Below, one piece after another: positions 40,821-51,055 of a stretch of DNA of 64,000 bases. The translations under genes were made by a program, and so were the position numbers. Source of the DNA: an uncultured Chloroflexia bacterium (GTDB lineage: Bacteria > Chloroflexota > Limnocylindria > Limnocylindrales > CSP1-4). Within the stretch, counting starts at the first letter, position 1. Each line of letters opens with the position of its first letter. The stretch is taken from assembly GCA_963779375.1 (NCBI GenBank), contig CAVZXW010000024.1, positions 142,734 to 206,733 of the forward strand. Direction: 5' to 3'. The notes under the pieces are model-generated. The model made no database searches. It saw only the letters and a list, made by a program, of their open reading frames with translations, and was not told the DNA's origin.

Positions 40821-41015
40821 GCGCCGGACGCTAGAGAGTGGTGCCGCCGCGCGCCATGGACTGTTCGTCGACGGCGCCGGCCGCCATTGGTAGGAGGTGG
40901 AGAGCGGCCCGGGAACGTGCGGCGGGCCGCGGCCGGGAATCAGAACACCGGGAATCGCAGCGGGCGGACGGCAGAGGTGCCGCCCGCCCGCTGGCGGTCG
41001 AAGAGGACCGGCGTG

Positions 41016-42266
41016 CTACGCCGTGTGGACGAGCGTGCTGACTCCCCAGAAGGTGTTCCGGGCACGCGCACCGGGGGCGAGCACGACGTGGCCGAGCCAG
41101 ATGCCGTACCAGTTGCCGAAGATGGTGTTCCCGGAGATCGTGACCTTGATCGGCGTGACGGCGGACCAGACGAGGATGCCCGTGGTCGCCATGTCCTTGG
41201 TCGGGGCAACGTCGGGATCGCCCACGGTGTTGTTGGTCCCGATGACGTTGTTCCGGATGACGTTGTCACCCACCCATGCGCCCGGCGCATGGCTGTGGAT
41301 CGTGACGCCGGACTGCCCGTTTCCGGCGATGGCGTTGTTCTCGATCACGTTGCCGTAGGACGCCGCCCCGGGGAACGGCGCGGCAATCAGGACGCCGGCG
41401 CCCTGTCCGATCAGCCCGTTGTCGAGCACGACGTTGTTGCGGACGACGTTGTCGTACACGCCGCCGAACGTCGGCATGAGCTTGCCCGTCTGAGGATCGC
41501 GACCCAGGTTGTGCGAGGAAATGGTGATTCCGCAGTCGTAGGCGTTGTCCGTCACGACGTTGCCGGCGATCAGGTTGTTGTGCGTCGGCCCGAACTCGTC
41601 GGTGAGCAGGATGCCGCCCGCGTTCCCGGTCACGGTGTTGAGCAGCACCTCGGAGTTGGCGACGCTCCAGAGGTGGATGCCTTCGCCGCAGTCACCGGGG
41701 ATCTGGCCGGACGGCTTGCACTCGGCGTAGGTGGTGGTCGCCGCGTTGGCGGGGAGGCCGCCCAGGTCGTTGTTCTTCACCACGTTGTGCTTGATCACGA
41801 CGTGCGTGATGGGCGCGCCCGTGTAGAGCTGCTGGCCCTGGATCATGGGCCCCTTCACGGGGTTCGGCTGCTGGGCCAGGATGCCCTCGCCGGTGGCGTT
41901 CTCGACCGTGAAGCCGCTCACGGTGACGTTGGACGCGGCGATCTTGATGCCGTTGTCCAGGCCGGTTGCGTCGATCGTGGCTCCCTGGCCCGCGAGCGTC
42001 AGAGACTTCGAGATGGCGACGCTCTCCGTGTAGGTGCCCGCGCACACCACCACCGTGGAGCCCGCCGCGGCTGCAGCGACGCCGCCGCCGATCGTGGAGT
42101 ACGCGGCCGTCGCGCACGACGTGCCCGCTCCTCCCTGGGTGCCCGTGGGTGACACGTACACCGTGGTGCCGCTCGCCGCGACACCCGGAGCCGCCGCGAG
42201 TGCCGTGGCCAACAGGAGCCCGGCACCCGTCGGACCGGCGAACAGCATGAACCTGGGACGCTTCAT
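41016..42266 (-). CDS. Secreted right-handed beta-helix repeat protein
   Basis: Signal peptide, VYVSPTG, AGTYTE, repeated Asn-rich GI...NN.I.GN units; AGGAGG SD. Confidence 0.85.
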   Translation of the reverse strand: MKRPRFMLFAGPTGAGLLLATALAAAPGVAASGTTVYVSPTGTQGGAGTSCATAAYSTIGGGVAAAAAGSTVVVCAGTYTESVAISKSLTLAGQGATIDATGLDNGIKIAASNVTVSGFTVENATGEGILAQQPNPVKGPMIQGQQLYTGAPITHVVIKHNVVKNNDLGGLPANAATTTYAECKPSGQIPGDCGEGIHLWSVANSEVLLNTVTGNAGGILLTDEFGPTHNNLIAGNVVTDNAYDCGITISSHNLGRDPQTGKLMPTFGGVYDNVVRNNVVLDNGLIGQGAGVLIAAPFPGAASYGNVIENNAIAGNGQSGVTIHSHAPGAWVGDNVIRNNVIGTNNTVGDPDVAPTKDMATTGILVWSAVTPIKVTISGNTIFGNWYGIWLGHVVLAPGARARNTFWGVSTLVHTA

Positions 42267-42552
42267 CGATCCCTCCTGCGCCCGAGGTCACCCGCCGGGC
42301 AGCGACGACTGTAGACGGGGCGGGCTCACCAGTGGCTCGGCGCGGGTCAAGGTGACCGTTCGGGGACGCGCGCGTCAATGCCTCCCGTCGTGCTCCGGCA
42401 TTATGCACATGGGACACGCCGGAGCGGCGATATCGGCGATTGCGAACGCATCGCCGCCGCCGGGCACGAAACCGGCATGCCGTGTGCAGGGCCGGCATGG
42501 CGCCCGGGCAACCCGGGCACATGCCCGCCCGGACCTGCCCGCCGTGGGAGAC

Positions 42553-44757
42553 TCAGTGGGCCTCGTCCGGTCCGCCGCGGCTTCCGTTCCCCGCGCCGGC
42601 CTCGAGCGGGACGAGCATCTGCACCCGGGAGTAGGCCGGCCCCTCCGGGCGGGTGAGCTGGCTCATCACGTCGAGCGGGAGCTCATTCATCACCGCGTGA
42701 TTCGGATTGAACAGCAGGTGCTCGTCGAGCGCGAGCCCGAACGCGGACCCTTCCTTCACGGCCCAGTAGAGGTTGCGGGGCCGCACCGCGTCTCCCGCGT
42801 TGATCACCCGCACTCCTGCGGCACGCAGCTCCCGGAAGAGCGCGGCGGCGGGCCGCGTGTGGCACGCCACGACCGTGTCGGCCTCGATCGTGGTGCGGTT
42901 GAAGCTCCGGTCCTCGAGCACCACCGATCCCTCCTGGATCTCGTGGACGCGCGTGCTCGTCAGGATGGTGACCGGGTGCCTGAAGGGCCGGGAGTTGAGC
43001 ACCTCCGCGTCGCCCTGCGCGAACCGCTTGCGCTCCACGTACATGTGGATGACTTCGCACTCGGCCGCGAACTCGCGGTTCTCCGTGACGATCGTCACCT
43101 GCTTGCCGTGGGCGCCCAGGAACGCCGCCGTGTCGGTCGCCGCGTAGTGATCGCCCCACAGCACGACGCGATCGCCCAGCTTCGTGAGGCGCCTCTTGCC
43201 GGGGTGGCACTCGCACGCGACCTTCGGGCACGCCATCGCGTCCTCGAACGGGACCACGAGGTCGCGGCGGCCGAGGACCTCGGGCACGAACGACTCCGCC
43301 CCCGTCGCGTTGAGCACGACGTCGTAGCCCCGCAGTTCGTCCACCGTCGGCGCGTGGTTCAGCCGGATGTCCACGTGGAGATCCAGCAGCTGGTCCCGGA
43401 TCCAGTCGAGGTACCAGCGCATCTTTTCCTTGCCGGGAACGAGGCAGCAGAACAGCAGCGCCCCGCCCAGTTCCGGTGCCTTCTCGAACAGCGTCACGTC
43501 GTGGCCGCGCTCGGTCGCCACGCGGGCGGCCTCCATGCCCGCGGGTCCGCCGCCAACCACCGCGACCCGCACCGGCCGGCTGGTCCGCCGCATCTCCGCG
43601 TAGGCCGGGTTCCCGCATGCCGCGTTGATCGAGCACTGGATCTCGTGCTTCGCCATCAGGGATTCCTGCCAGCATCCGCCGAGGCAGGAGATGCACTTCC
43701 GGATCGACTTGACGCGACCCATCTGCGCCTTCGCCGGCCAGTAGGGATCGGCGAGCAACTGCCGGGAAAGGCCCACCAGGTCCGTCTTTCCCTCGGCCAG
43801 GATCTGCTCGCAGTACTCGGGATCGCGCAGGGAGTGGCTGGTGATGACCGGGATCCGCACCGCGCGCTTGACCGCCTCGGCGGCGTAGGTCGCCCAGCCC
43901 TGCGGGTACTGCATCGGATCGAAGCCCGCTCCCGGGCTCTCCTGGATGCCCTGGCTGATGTCCACGCCGGCGCAGCCGGCGCGCTCCAGCATCCGCGCGA
44001 TCTCGACGCCCTCGTCGAGGGTGCGCCCGCCGGGGACGAACTCCTCGAACGAATACCGCACGAGCACGGGGAATGACGTTCCGCACTTCCTCCGGATCTG
44101 GTCCACGACCGCCAGCGTGAAACGCATGCGGTTCTCGAGGTCGCCGCCGAACCGGTCGGTCCGGCGGTTCAGGATCGGGCTCATGAACTCGGACAGCAGG
44201 TAGCCGTGGGCGGCGTGCAGCTCGACGGCGTCGAACCCGGCCTGTTTGACCCGCCAGGCTGCCTCGGAGAACAGGTCGACCAGCTCCAGGATCTCGGCGA
44301 CCGACGCCTCCCGGATCTCCTTGCCCTTCTCGTCGGCGTTCTCGTACACGATCTCGTGGCCGGCGGACCACGGCAGCTTCAGCACCCGGTCGGTGGCGCC
44401 CAGCGTGTTGTAGCGGGGGATGGCGCACTGGCGTCCGGGGTGCTGCAGCTGCACCGCGCACTTCGCCCCATACCGGTGCATGCTCTCGGCGAGCCGCGCC
44501 AGGCCCGGGATGTAGTTGTCGCCATCGGCGACCAGGCACGTGACCGTCGGCCGGCCGGTCTTCATGTCGGGGGTCGTGGCGCCCACGATGATGAATCCGG
44601 CGCCCCCGCGGGCAACGTCGGCGTGGTGGTGGATGTCGCGCTCGCTGACCTCGCCGTCCGCGTGGGACGAACTGATGTCCGTGGGGACGTGGACGATGCG
44701 GTTCGGCAGTTCGATGCCGCCAAGCTGTATCGGACTGAACAGGTGCGGGAACTGCAC
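42553..44757 (-). CDS. NADH:flavin oxidoreductase (OYE barrel, 4Fe-4S, FAD domain)
   Basis: ELHAAHGYL, NRRTDRFGG..NR, CISCLGGC..C, GGGPAG; GGAGAGG SD before GTG. Confidence 0.92.
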   Translation of the reverse strand: MQFPHLFSPIQLGGIELPNRIVHVPTDISSSHADGEVSERDIHHHADVARGGAGFIIVGATTPDMKTGRPTVTCLVADGDNYIPGLARLAESMHRYGAKCAVQLQHPGRQCAIPRYNTLGATDRVLKLPWSAGHEIVYENADEKGKEIREASVAEILELVDLFSEAAWRVKQAGFDAVELHAAHGYLLSEFMSPILNRRTDRFGGDLENRMRFTLAVVDQIRRKCGTSFPVLVRYSFEEFVPGGRTLDEGVEIARMLERAGCAGVDISQGIQESPGAGFDPMQYPQGWATYAAEAVKRAVRIPVITSHSLRDPEYCEQILAEGKTDLVGLSRQLLADPYWPAKAQMGRVKSIRKCISCLGGCWQESLMAKHEIQCSINAACGNPAYAEMRRTSRPVRVAVVGGGPAGMEAARVATERGHDVTLFEKAPELGGALLFCCLVPGKEKMRWYLDWIRDQLLDLHVDIRLNHAPTVDELRGYDVVLNATGAESFVPEVLGRRDLVVPFEDAMACPKVACECHPGKRRLTKLGDRVVLWGDHYAATDTAAFLGAHGKQVTIVTENREFAAECEVIHMYVERKRFAQGDAEVLNSRPFRHPVTILTSTRVHEIQEGSVVLEDRSFNRTTIEADTVVACHTRPAAALFRELRAAGVRVINAGDAVRPRNLYWAVKEGSAFGLALDEHLLFNPNHAVMNELPLDVMSQLTRPEGPAYSRVQMLVPLEAGAGNGSRGGPDEAH

Positions 44758-44983
44758 GACGATCGCCTCTCCCCTCTGACGGCCGGCCGGGGACGCGACG
44801 CGGCATGGGCCAGGACCACGCGCGGGCCCACTTGCCGCGAGTGTCGCCCCCCGGAGGCGGGAGCGGCTATGTCACAACCGGCCGAGAAACTGGCAGGATC
44901 GGCTGCCCGGCGGCGCCGGGCGGGCCCGGCGTGGCGGGACGTTTCGGGCCGAACGGCCCTCCATGGCCTGTCCACAAGCACCG

Positions 44984-46043
44984 ATGATCGTGCGTACCCG
45001 ACCGCCTGACCCCCGACGGTCCGCCGGGGGATTTCGAGGGATTGAGGAGCGTCCGTTCCAGTTGGCCGTCTACGTCTGGCACCATCCGCTCGACCCGGAC
45101 TTCCCGCTGTCGATCCTCGACTACGAGACGAACGACCGGGAGGCACGCCTCCACTGGCACGACTACATGGAGCTCGTCCTGTGCGTGGAGGGAACCGGGC
45201 GTTTCCTGTTCGGCGGGCGCGAGGTGCCGATCGAGCCGGGTGACATCGTCGTCGTCGACTACTCCGAGCCGCACGTGGCGGTCGCGGACGGCCCGGGCCC
45301 CCTTCGACTCATGCTGACGCTCTTCCTGCCCGAATTGATCGCTCCGCCGGGCTGCCGCGCCTTCGACGCGGAATACCTGTCGCCGTTCACGCGCCAGACG
45401 GCGCTCTCGAACCCGATCCGCCATGGAACCCCGCTGGCCATCGAGCTCGGGACGGTGCTCGGCGACCTCTCGACGACGTGGGAGCGACGCCAGCGAGCGG
45501 ACCGGCACCTGCTCGACGCGATCCTCAGGCGCGCGCTGGGGCTCCTCGTCAGCGAGTGGCGGCCGGCCTCGCTCGAGGAGGGACTCTGGCGACGCCGACC
45601 GCCTGGAGCACGTCCGGCCCGTGCTGCGGTACGTGGAGGACCACTTCCGCGAGAACGTGACCCTCGGGGACGTGTCGGCGTTCGTGCATGTCAGCCCGTC
45701 GCGCGTCAGGCACCTGTTCAAGGAGGTCACGAACGTCGGGTTCAAGGAATACCTGACGAACGTCCGCCTCGCCGAGGCGCGACGCCTGCTCCTGGGCACG
45801 GACGTGAACGTGTGTGACGTCGCCCGGATGGTCGGGTACACGAACATCCACCAGTTCTACAAGGTGTTCTACCGGTACAGCACGATGTCGCCGGCCGACT
45901 ACCGCCGCTACTACACGCTCGGTGTCGCGAACTCGGGGAGCCTGTGCCGGCGGCGCGGTTCCCGTGGCGGATACGCGGACGTCGATGCGTTCGACCTGCC
46001 GTCCGGCGTGGACGCTCCCCTGTCGGTGCCGATCGCGAGCTGA
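44984..46043 (+). CDS. AraC family regulator (cupin and HTH); frameshift near 45580
   Basis: LHWHDYMEL cupin; second frame FKEVTNVGFKEYL..RL..A..LL, VGY..F.KVF..MSPADYR. Confidence 0.85.
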
Positions 46044-46237
46044 GATCCCGGCGCCCGGCGCCCCTCTCGGGTTCCCGCGGTGCGGAACCCGGCGCCCGGT
46101 GCCCGACAACCGCCGCCTGCCACGGCCGCCTGCGGGGCCGCGGATGACCGTTGCCCCTTCGACCGACCGCCCGGCCCGTGATATCGTCGGCGCTCCGCGT
46201 CGCGAGGCGCGACGGCGGCGGGTTGAGGGGGGACGTC

Positions 46238-47321
46238 GTGGACCAGCAGATCCTCGTCCTGGCAGGGACGAAGAAGGGTGCGTTCATCCTCGAGGGCACC
46301 TCGGCGGCCCGACAGCGAGTGGCGCCTGCGCGGGCCGCTGTGCGAGGGGTGGCCCATCAATCACTTCTGCCAGGATCCGTCGAGCGGGACCCTGTACGCC
46401 GGCGGAGGCAACCCCTGGTACGGGGCCGCCGTGTGGCGCAGCGACGACCTCGGCGCGACCTGGACCCACTCGAGCGCCGGCCTGACGTACGGCGAGCACG
46501 GCCCGAAGATGCGCTCGGTCTGGCACCTCACGCCCGCGCACGGCGCGCTGTATGCCGGTGTCGAACCGGCCGGTCTCTTCCGGTCCGAGGACGGCGGCGC
46601 CACGTGGGCGCACGTGGAGGGACTACCAGGCCCACCCGACGCGCGAGAACTGGACGCCGGGGAACGGCGGCCTGATCTGCCACACGGTCCTCGCCCATCC
46701 GGAGGATCCCGACCGGATGTGGGTGGGGATCTCCGCGGTGGGCTGCTTCGCGACCGAGGACGGTGGCGCGACCTGGGAGGCACGCAATCGAGGCGTGCGC
46801 GCGGACTTCTTGCCGGACATCGAACCCGGAGACCGGCCAGTGCGTGCACAAGATGGTCCTCGCGGCCGGCATGCCGGATCGTCTCTACCAGCAGAACCAT
46901 TGCGGGACGTACCGCAGCGATGACGCGGGACGCACGTGGATCTGCCTCGACGAGGGGCTTCCCTCGACCTTCGGATTCCCGATGGTCGCGCACCCGCGCG
47001 ACGCGGACACGGTCTTCACCGATCCCGCTCAACGGCGCCGAGAAGGGCCGGTTCGTACCCGACGGCCGCATGGCCGTGTGGAGCACGCCCGACGCGGGCG
47101 CGACATGGCGGGACCTGCGCGACGGCCTTCCCCAGTCGGATGCCTTCGTCGGCGTGCTCCGCGAGGGGATGGCGGGCGACGGGCTCGACCCGTTCGGCCT
47201 GTACGTCGGGACGAGCACGGGCCAGATCTTCGCGAGCCCCGACGAGGGAGCCCACTGGCGGCGCATCGTGGACCTCCTGCCTCCCGTCCTGTCCGTCGAG
47301 ATCGCCCTGCCGGACGCGTGA
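46238..47321 (+). CDS. BNR/Asp-box beta-propeller protein; about 4 frameshifts
   Basis: GTKKGAF start; Asp-boxes SDDLGATW, SEDGGATW, TEDGGATW, SDDAGRTW, TPDAGATW, SPDEGAHW; GQCVHK, QQNHCG. Confidence 0.82.
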
Positions 47322-47335
47322 CCCGGCCCGGCACG

Positions 47336-47597
47336 ATGGCCACCGTCGTCCTGCCGCGCTCTCTGGTGGCGCTGTTCCCCGGCGTCGACCGGCACGTCGC
47401 CGTCGAGGCGAAGACGGTCGGCGACGGTCATCGACGCCCTCGACGCGCGCTGGCCCGGCATGCGGGACCGGCTGTGCGTGCCCGGCCCGGCGCTGCGCGA
47501 GTACATCAACGTGTACGTCGACGGCCATCCGGCCGACCTGGCCAGTGACGTCCCGGATACCGCCACGGTGCACATCCTGCCCGCAGTCGCCGGCGGG
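47336..47597 (+). CDS. MoaD/ThiS ubiquitin-like protein; frameshift near 47427, true end unclear
   Basis: MATVVLPRSL..TVGD / VIDALDARWPGMRDRL..INVYVDG..ILPAVAGG; no stop after GG, so the end is given at the di-Gly. Confidence 0.75.
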
Positions 47598-47683
47598 CAG
47601 GAGGCGCGCGGGCCGTTCCCGTTTCCATCCGGATCGGACGGCGGCCCGATCGAACGGGACTCGCCGGTCCCGTCCTCGGGACC

Positions 47684-49177
47684 CTATCCTCCGGCCACCA
47701 CCGCCACGACGCCGCCCATGGTGCCCACCAGCACCCGACCCTGCCACAGTGTGGGTGAGGCGAAGTGCGGAACCTCGCCCACGCCGACGTGCGCGATGGC
47801 GGACCCGTTCGACGCATCGAGCGCGTACAGGACGCCGGCCGAGAGGTCCAGGCTCCAGACGACGCCCGGAGCGGCGACGGGCGATCCGTTGGCGCCGGTC
47901 GGCGTCCGCCACAGCGGGTGGATCGAGCCGTCGGCGCCGATGCGGACGGCCCGCAGTCCGTCGGCGCACGGCACGAACACCGTGGATGCCGCCAGGGCGG
48001 CTCCGCCGAATGCGCGGCAGAGCGGAGCCGATGCCACTTGTCCACCGATCCCGCCCAGGTCGCCCTGGCGGAGGGTGTAGGCAGTCCCGCCCTTCCCGTC
48101 GATGAACACGAAGCCGCCGGGCACCAGGACCGGCCCGAGCGATCCCAGGTCGGCGTCGCCCGCGTTGTCCGCCGCCCACGTGGACGGCGCGAAACGCGAC
48201 AGCAGCTGCAGGGTCGGCGAGAGTTCGAGGACCGAGTCGGTCCCGTCGTACGTGGTCGTGGAGTTCCCGTTGCCGACGGAGACGTAGACGTGTCCCTCGC
48301 CATCCACCGCCGGCCCGGCCGTGGCCCAGACGGCGCCCATGCGGGAGGTCGGCACGCGGTAGGCGAGCGTCGGACCCTGCCCATTCACGGGCACGCCCAG
48401 GACCTTGCCGCGGTACTGGCCGCAGTCGCCATCGAGCCCGCCGATCCCCACGTACACGTAGCCGTTCGCAACGGCCAGGGCCGGCCGCTGCTGGTGGGTC
48501 GCCGGGTCATCTCCCGGCAGGTCGATGGTCCGTGACCAGCGGACGGCACCGCTGACCGGGTCGAGCGCGAACAGCACGTGGTGCGGACCGGCGACCTCCG
48601 CCACGGCGAACAGGGAAGCAGAGCCGGGGTCGTACGCGGGCGTTCCTGTGATCCCGAGCGGGTCGATGTTCCCGCACGGGAGCGTCGAGAGCGGTACAGG
48701 TGTCCCGAGGTGGCGGCGCCAGCGCACGGCGCCACTCGACGCGTCCAGCGCGTAGACCGAGTCGTTCTCCGTTGCCGCGATCACGCTCCCGCCGACGACC
48801 AGCGGCTCGGCGTAGACGGCTCCGTCGAGCCGGGCAGACCAGGCGATCCGGAGCGAGGCCGGAGGAGACGCGAAGCCCGGGTCGTAGCCGGTGCGCCGGG
48901 CGTCCCGGTGGTACACGGGCCAGTCATTGGTCGCGGTTGCCGCACCCGACGCGGGCGAGGCCGGGACCTGGGCACCGCCCGAGGCCGGCGAACCGGACGG
49001 CGAACCCGACGCGCTGCCCGCGGGGCCGGCCGAACCTGCCGGAGACGACGGATTCCCGGTGGCCGGGGCCGATCCCGTCGGCGGGGACGACGAGGATGGC
49101 GATGGGGTCGCTCCGCCCGCGCAGCCGCCGAGGACCGCGACGGAGAGCAGCGTCGCGACGAGGCGGCCCGGCGTCAC
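47684..49177 (-). CDS. PQQ-like beta-propeller lipoprotein
   Basis: Lipobox LGGC, S/P/A linker, DWPVYHRD, repeated YALDA.SG...W, CGNIDPLGITGTP. Confidence 0.85.
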   Translation of the reverse strand: MTPGRLVATLLSVAVLGGCAGGATPSPSSSSPPTGSAPATGNPSSPAGSAGPAGSASGSPSGSPASGGAQVPASPASGAATATNDWPVYHRDARRTGYDPGFASPPASLRIAWSARLDGAVYAEPLVVGGSVIAATENDSVYALDASSGAVRWRRHLGTPVPLSTLPCGNIDPLGITGTPAYDPGSASLFAVAEVAGPHHVLFALDPVSGAVRWSRTIDLPGDDPATHQQRPALAVANGYVYVGIGGLDGDCGQYRGKVLGVPVNGQGPTLAYRVPTSRMGAVWATAGPAVDGEGHVYVSVGNGNSTTTYDGTDSVLELSPTLQLLSRFAPSTWAADNAGDADLGSLGPVLVPGGFVFIDGKGGTAYTLRQGDLGGIGGQVASAPLCRAFGGAALAASTVFVPCADGLRAVRIGADGSIHPLWRTPTGANGSPVAAPGVVWSLDLSAGVLYALDASNGSAIAHVGVGEVPHFASPTLWQGRVLVGTMGGVVAVVAGG

Positions 49178-50013
49178 GCGGGGGATCCCGGCTCCGGACC
49201 CGTGGCGACCGGGTATCCCGCGGTGCTCCAGTCACTCCACGACCCGACGTACAGCGTCGGATCCCCCATCCCGGCGATCCGCATGGCGAGCGCATGGTGC
49301 AGCGCCGACGTGCCGCTGCCGCAGTACGTGACGACCTCGGGCCCGGACGCCGCCCCGAGGGCCTGGAACCTCGCGGCAAGCGCATCGGGCGGCAGGAAGC
49401 GCCCGTCCGGCCCGAGATTGCCCTCGAACGGAGCGCTGATGGCCGTCGGGATGTGCCCGGCCGCCGGGTCGATCGGCTCGACCTCGCCGCGATACCGCGG
49501 AGCGGCCCGCGCATCGAGCAGCACCACGCGGCCGAGGCGCGACCGAAGCGCGTCACGGTCCACGATGCCCGACCACCCGGAGGCTGCCTCGAGCCGCGAG
49601 GGCGGCCACTCCGGCACGTCGGTCGTCAGCTGCCCGCCCGCCTCGATCCATGCGCGGAGGCCGCCGTCGAGGACCCGTGCGTGACGGTGGCCGATGCGCT
49701 CGAGCATCCACCACAGCCGCGCGGCGACCCACCCGCCGGCATCGTCGTACGCCACCACCTCGTTGCCGGATCCGATGCCCGCGTCGCCCATGCGGCGCGC
49801 GAACGCCTCGACGTCGGGCAACGGGTGCCGGCCCGGTCCATCCGCGGCACTCAGGTCGTCGTCCAGGTCGAGATGGATCGCACCGGGCAGGTGGCCGTGC
49901 TCGTACGCCGCGCGCCCCTCGCCGGGGCGGCCCAGGTACCAGCGGACGTCGACGATGCGGAGGTCGGGGTCGTCCAGGCGGGACAGGAGCGCTTCGGGGG
50001 CGATCAGCGGCAT
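49174..50013 (-). CDS. Sulfurtransferase (tandem rhodanese, SseA-like)
   Basis: GHLPGA, GRHPLP, LDGG, GHIP, YCGSG, YVGSWSDW. Confidence 0.92.
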   Translation of the reverse strand: MPLIAPEALLSRLDDPDLRIVDVRWYLGRPGEGRAAYEHGHLPGAIHLDLDDDLSAADGPGRHPLPDVEAFARRMGDAGIGSGNEVVAYDDAGGWVAARLWWMLERIGHRHARVLDGGLRAWIEAGGQLTTDVPEWPPSRLEAASGWSGIVDRDALRSRLGRVVLLDARAAPRYRGEVEPIDPAAGHIPTAISAPFEGNLGPDGRFLPPDALAARFQALGAASGPEVVTYCGSGTSALHHALAMRIAGMGDPTLYVGSWSDWSTAGYPVATGPEPGSPA

Positions 50014-50062
50014 CGGCGCATTCTGCCCCGTCGGTGTCGGCGTGTCAGCCCGGCACGGCGTG

Positions 50063-51055
50063 TCAGCCGGTCGCGATGTCCCCGCCGAGCAGGAGCGACA
50101 GCTCGCGAACGCGGCCCATGTCGAGCGCGGCCGGGTCCGTCTGGACCGCGCCGGCCAGGGCGGTCGCGCATCCGCACGAATCGCGCGATGGCAGGCCCGT
50201 CGCGGCGATCCGTCGCAGGATGGCGCGCGCGGACGCGACGTTCGCGCCGAGGTTGGCCACGACCTGCGCAACGGTGACGGGCTCCTCATCCTCGTGCCAG
50301 CAGTCGTAGTCGGTGGCGTACGCGAGCATGCCGTAGCACAACTCCGCCTCGCGGGCGAGCTTCGCCTCGGGCAATCCGGTCATGCCGATCACGCTGACGC
50401 CCCAGCTGCGGTACAGGTTCAATTCCGCCCGGGTCGAGAACTGCGGGCCTTCCATGGCCACGTACGTCCCCCGCCGGTGGACTGTCCGGGCATCCGCCCC
50501 GTCGGCGGCGCCGGCCCCGCGATCGGTCTCCGCGAACACGGCCGCGGCCTCGTCGGCAAGCCGCGCCGAGAGCGTCGGGCAGGTGGGGTCGGCAAACGCG
50601 ACGTGCACGACCACGCCGCGTCCGAACAGCGTCGCCGGCCGGTCCTTCGTCCGGTCGATGAACTGGTCGGGCACCACGACGTCCCGCGGCCTGATCTCCT
50701 CGCGCATGGAGCCGCACGCCGAGACGGCGACCACGGACCCGACGCCGAGGACCTTCAGCGCGTAGAGGTTGGCGCGGTATGGAACCTCGGACGGCGTCAG
50801 GCGGTGTCCGCGGCCGTGGCGTGGCAGGAACGCCACCCGCGTGTCGCCCAGCGACCCCACGACGAGGGCATCCGAGGGAGGCCCGTACGGCGTCTCCGGA
50901 CGTACCTCCACGACGTCCCGCAGCCCGTCGATCTCGTAGAGGCCGGATCCGCCGATGACACCGAGCGTGGCCTCCGCCGATGCCGGGAGGCCCTGCCGGC
51001 CCCGTTCGGCAGCTGCCCGGGCACGGGCGGCGGCGAAGCGATCGGTCACGGTCAT
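50063..51055 (-). CDS. mtnP: S-methyl-5'-thioadenosine phosphorylase
   Basis: IGGSG, RHGRGH, PDQFIDRT, EGPQFSTRAE, GMT..PEAKLAREAE, TDYDCW. Confidence 0.93.
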   Translation of the reverse strand: MTVTDRFAAARARAAAERGRQGLPASAEATLGVIGGSGLYEIDGLRDVVEVRPETPYGPPSDALVVGSLGDTRVAFLPRHGRGHRLTPSEVPYRANLYALKVLGVGSVVAVSACGSMREEIRPRDVVVPDQFIDRTKDRPATLFGRGVVVHVAFADPTCPTLSARLADEAAAVFAETDRGAGAADGADARTVHRRGTYVAMEGPQFSTRAELNLYRSWGVSVIGMTGLPEAKLAREAELCYGMLAYATDYDCWHEDEEPVTVAQVVANLGANVASARAILRRIAATGLPSRDSCGCATALAGAVQTDPAALDMGRVRELSLLLGGDIATG

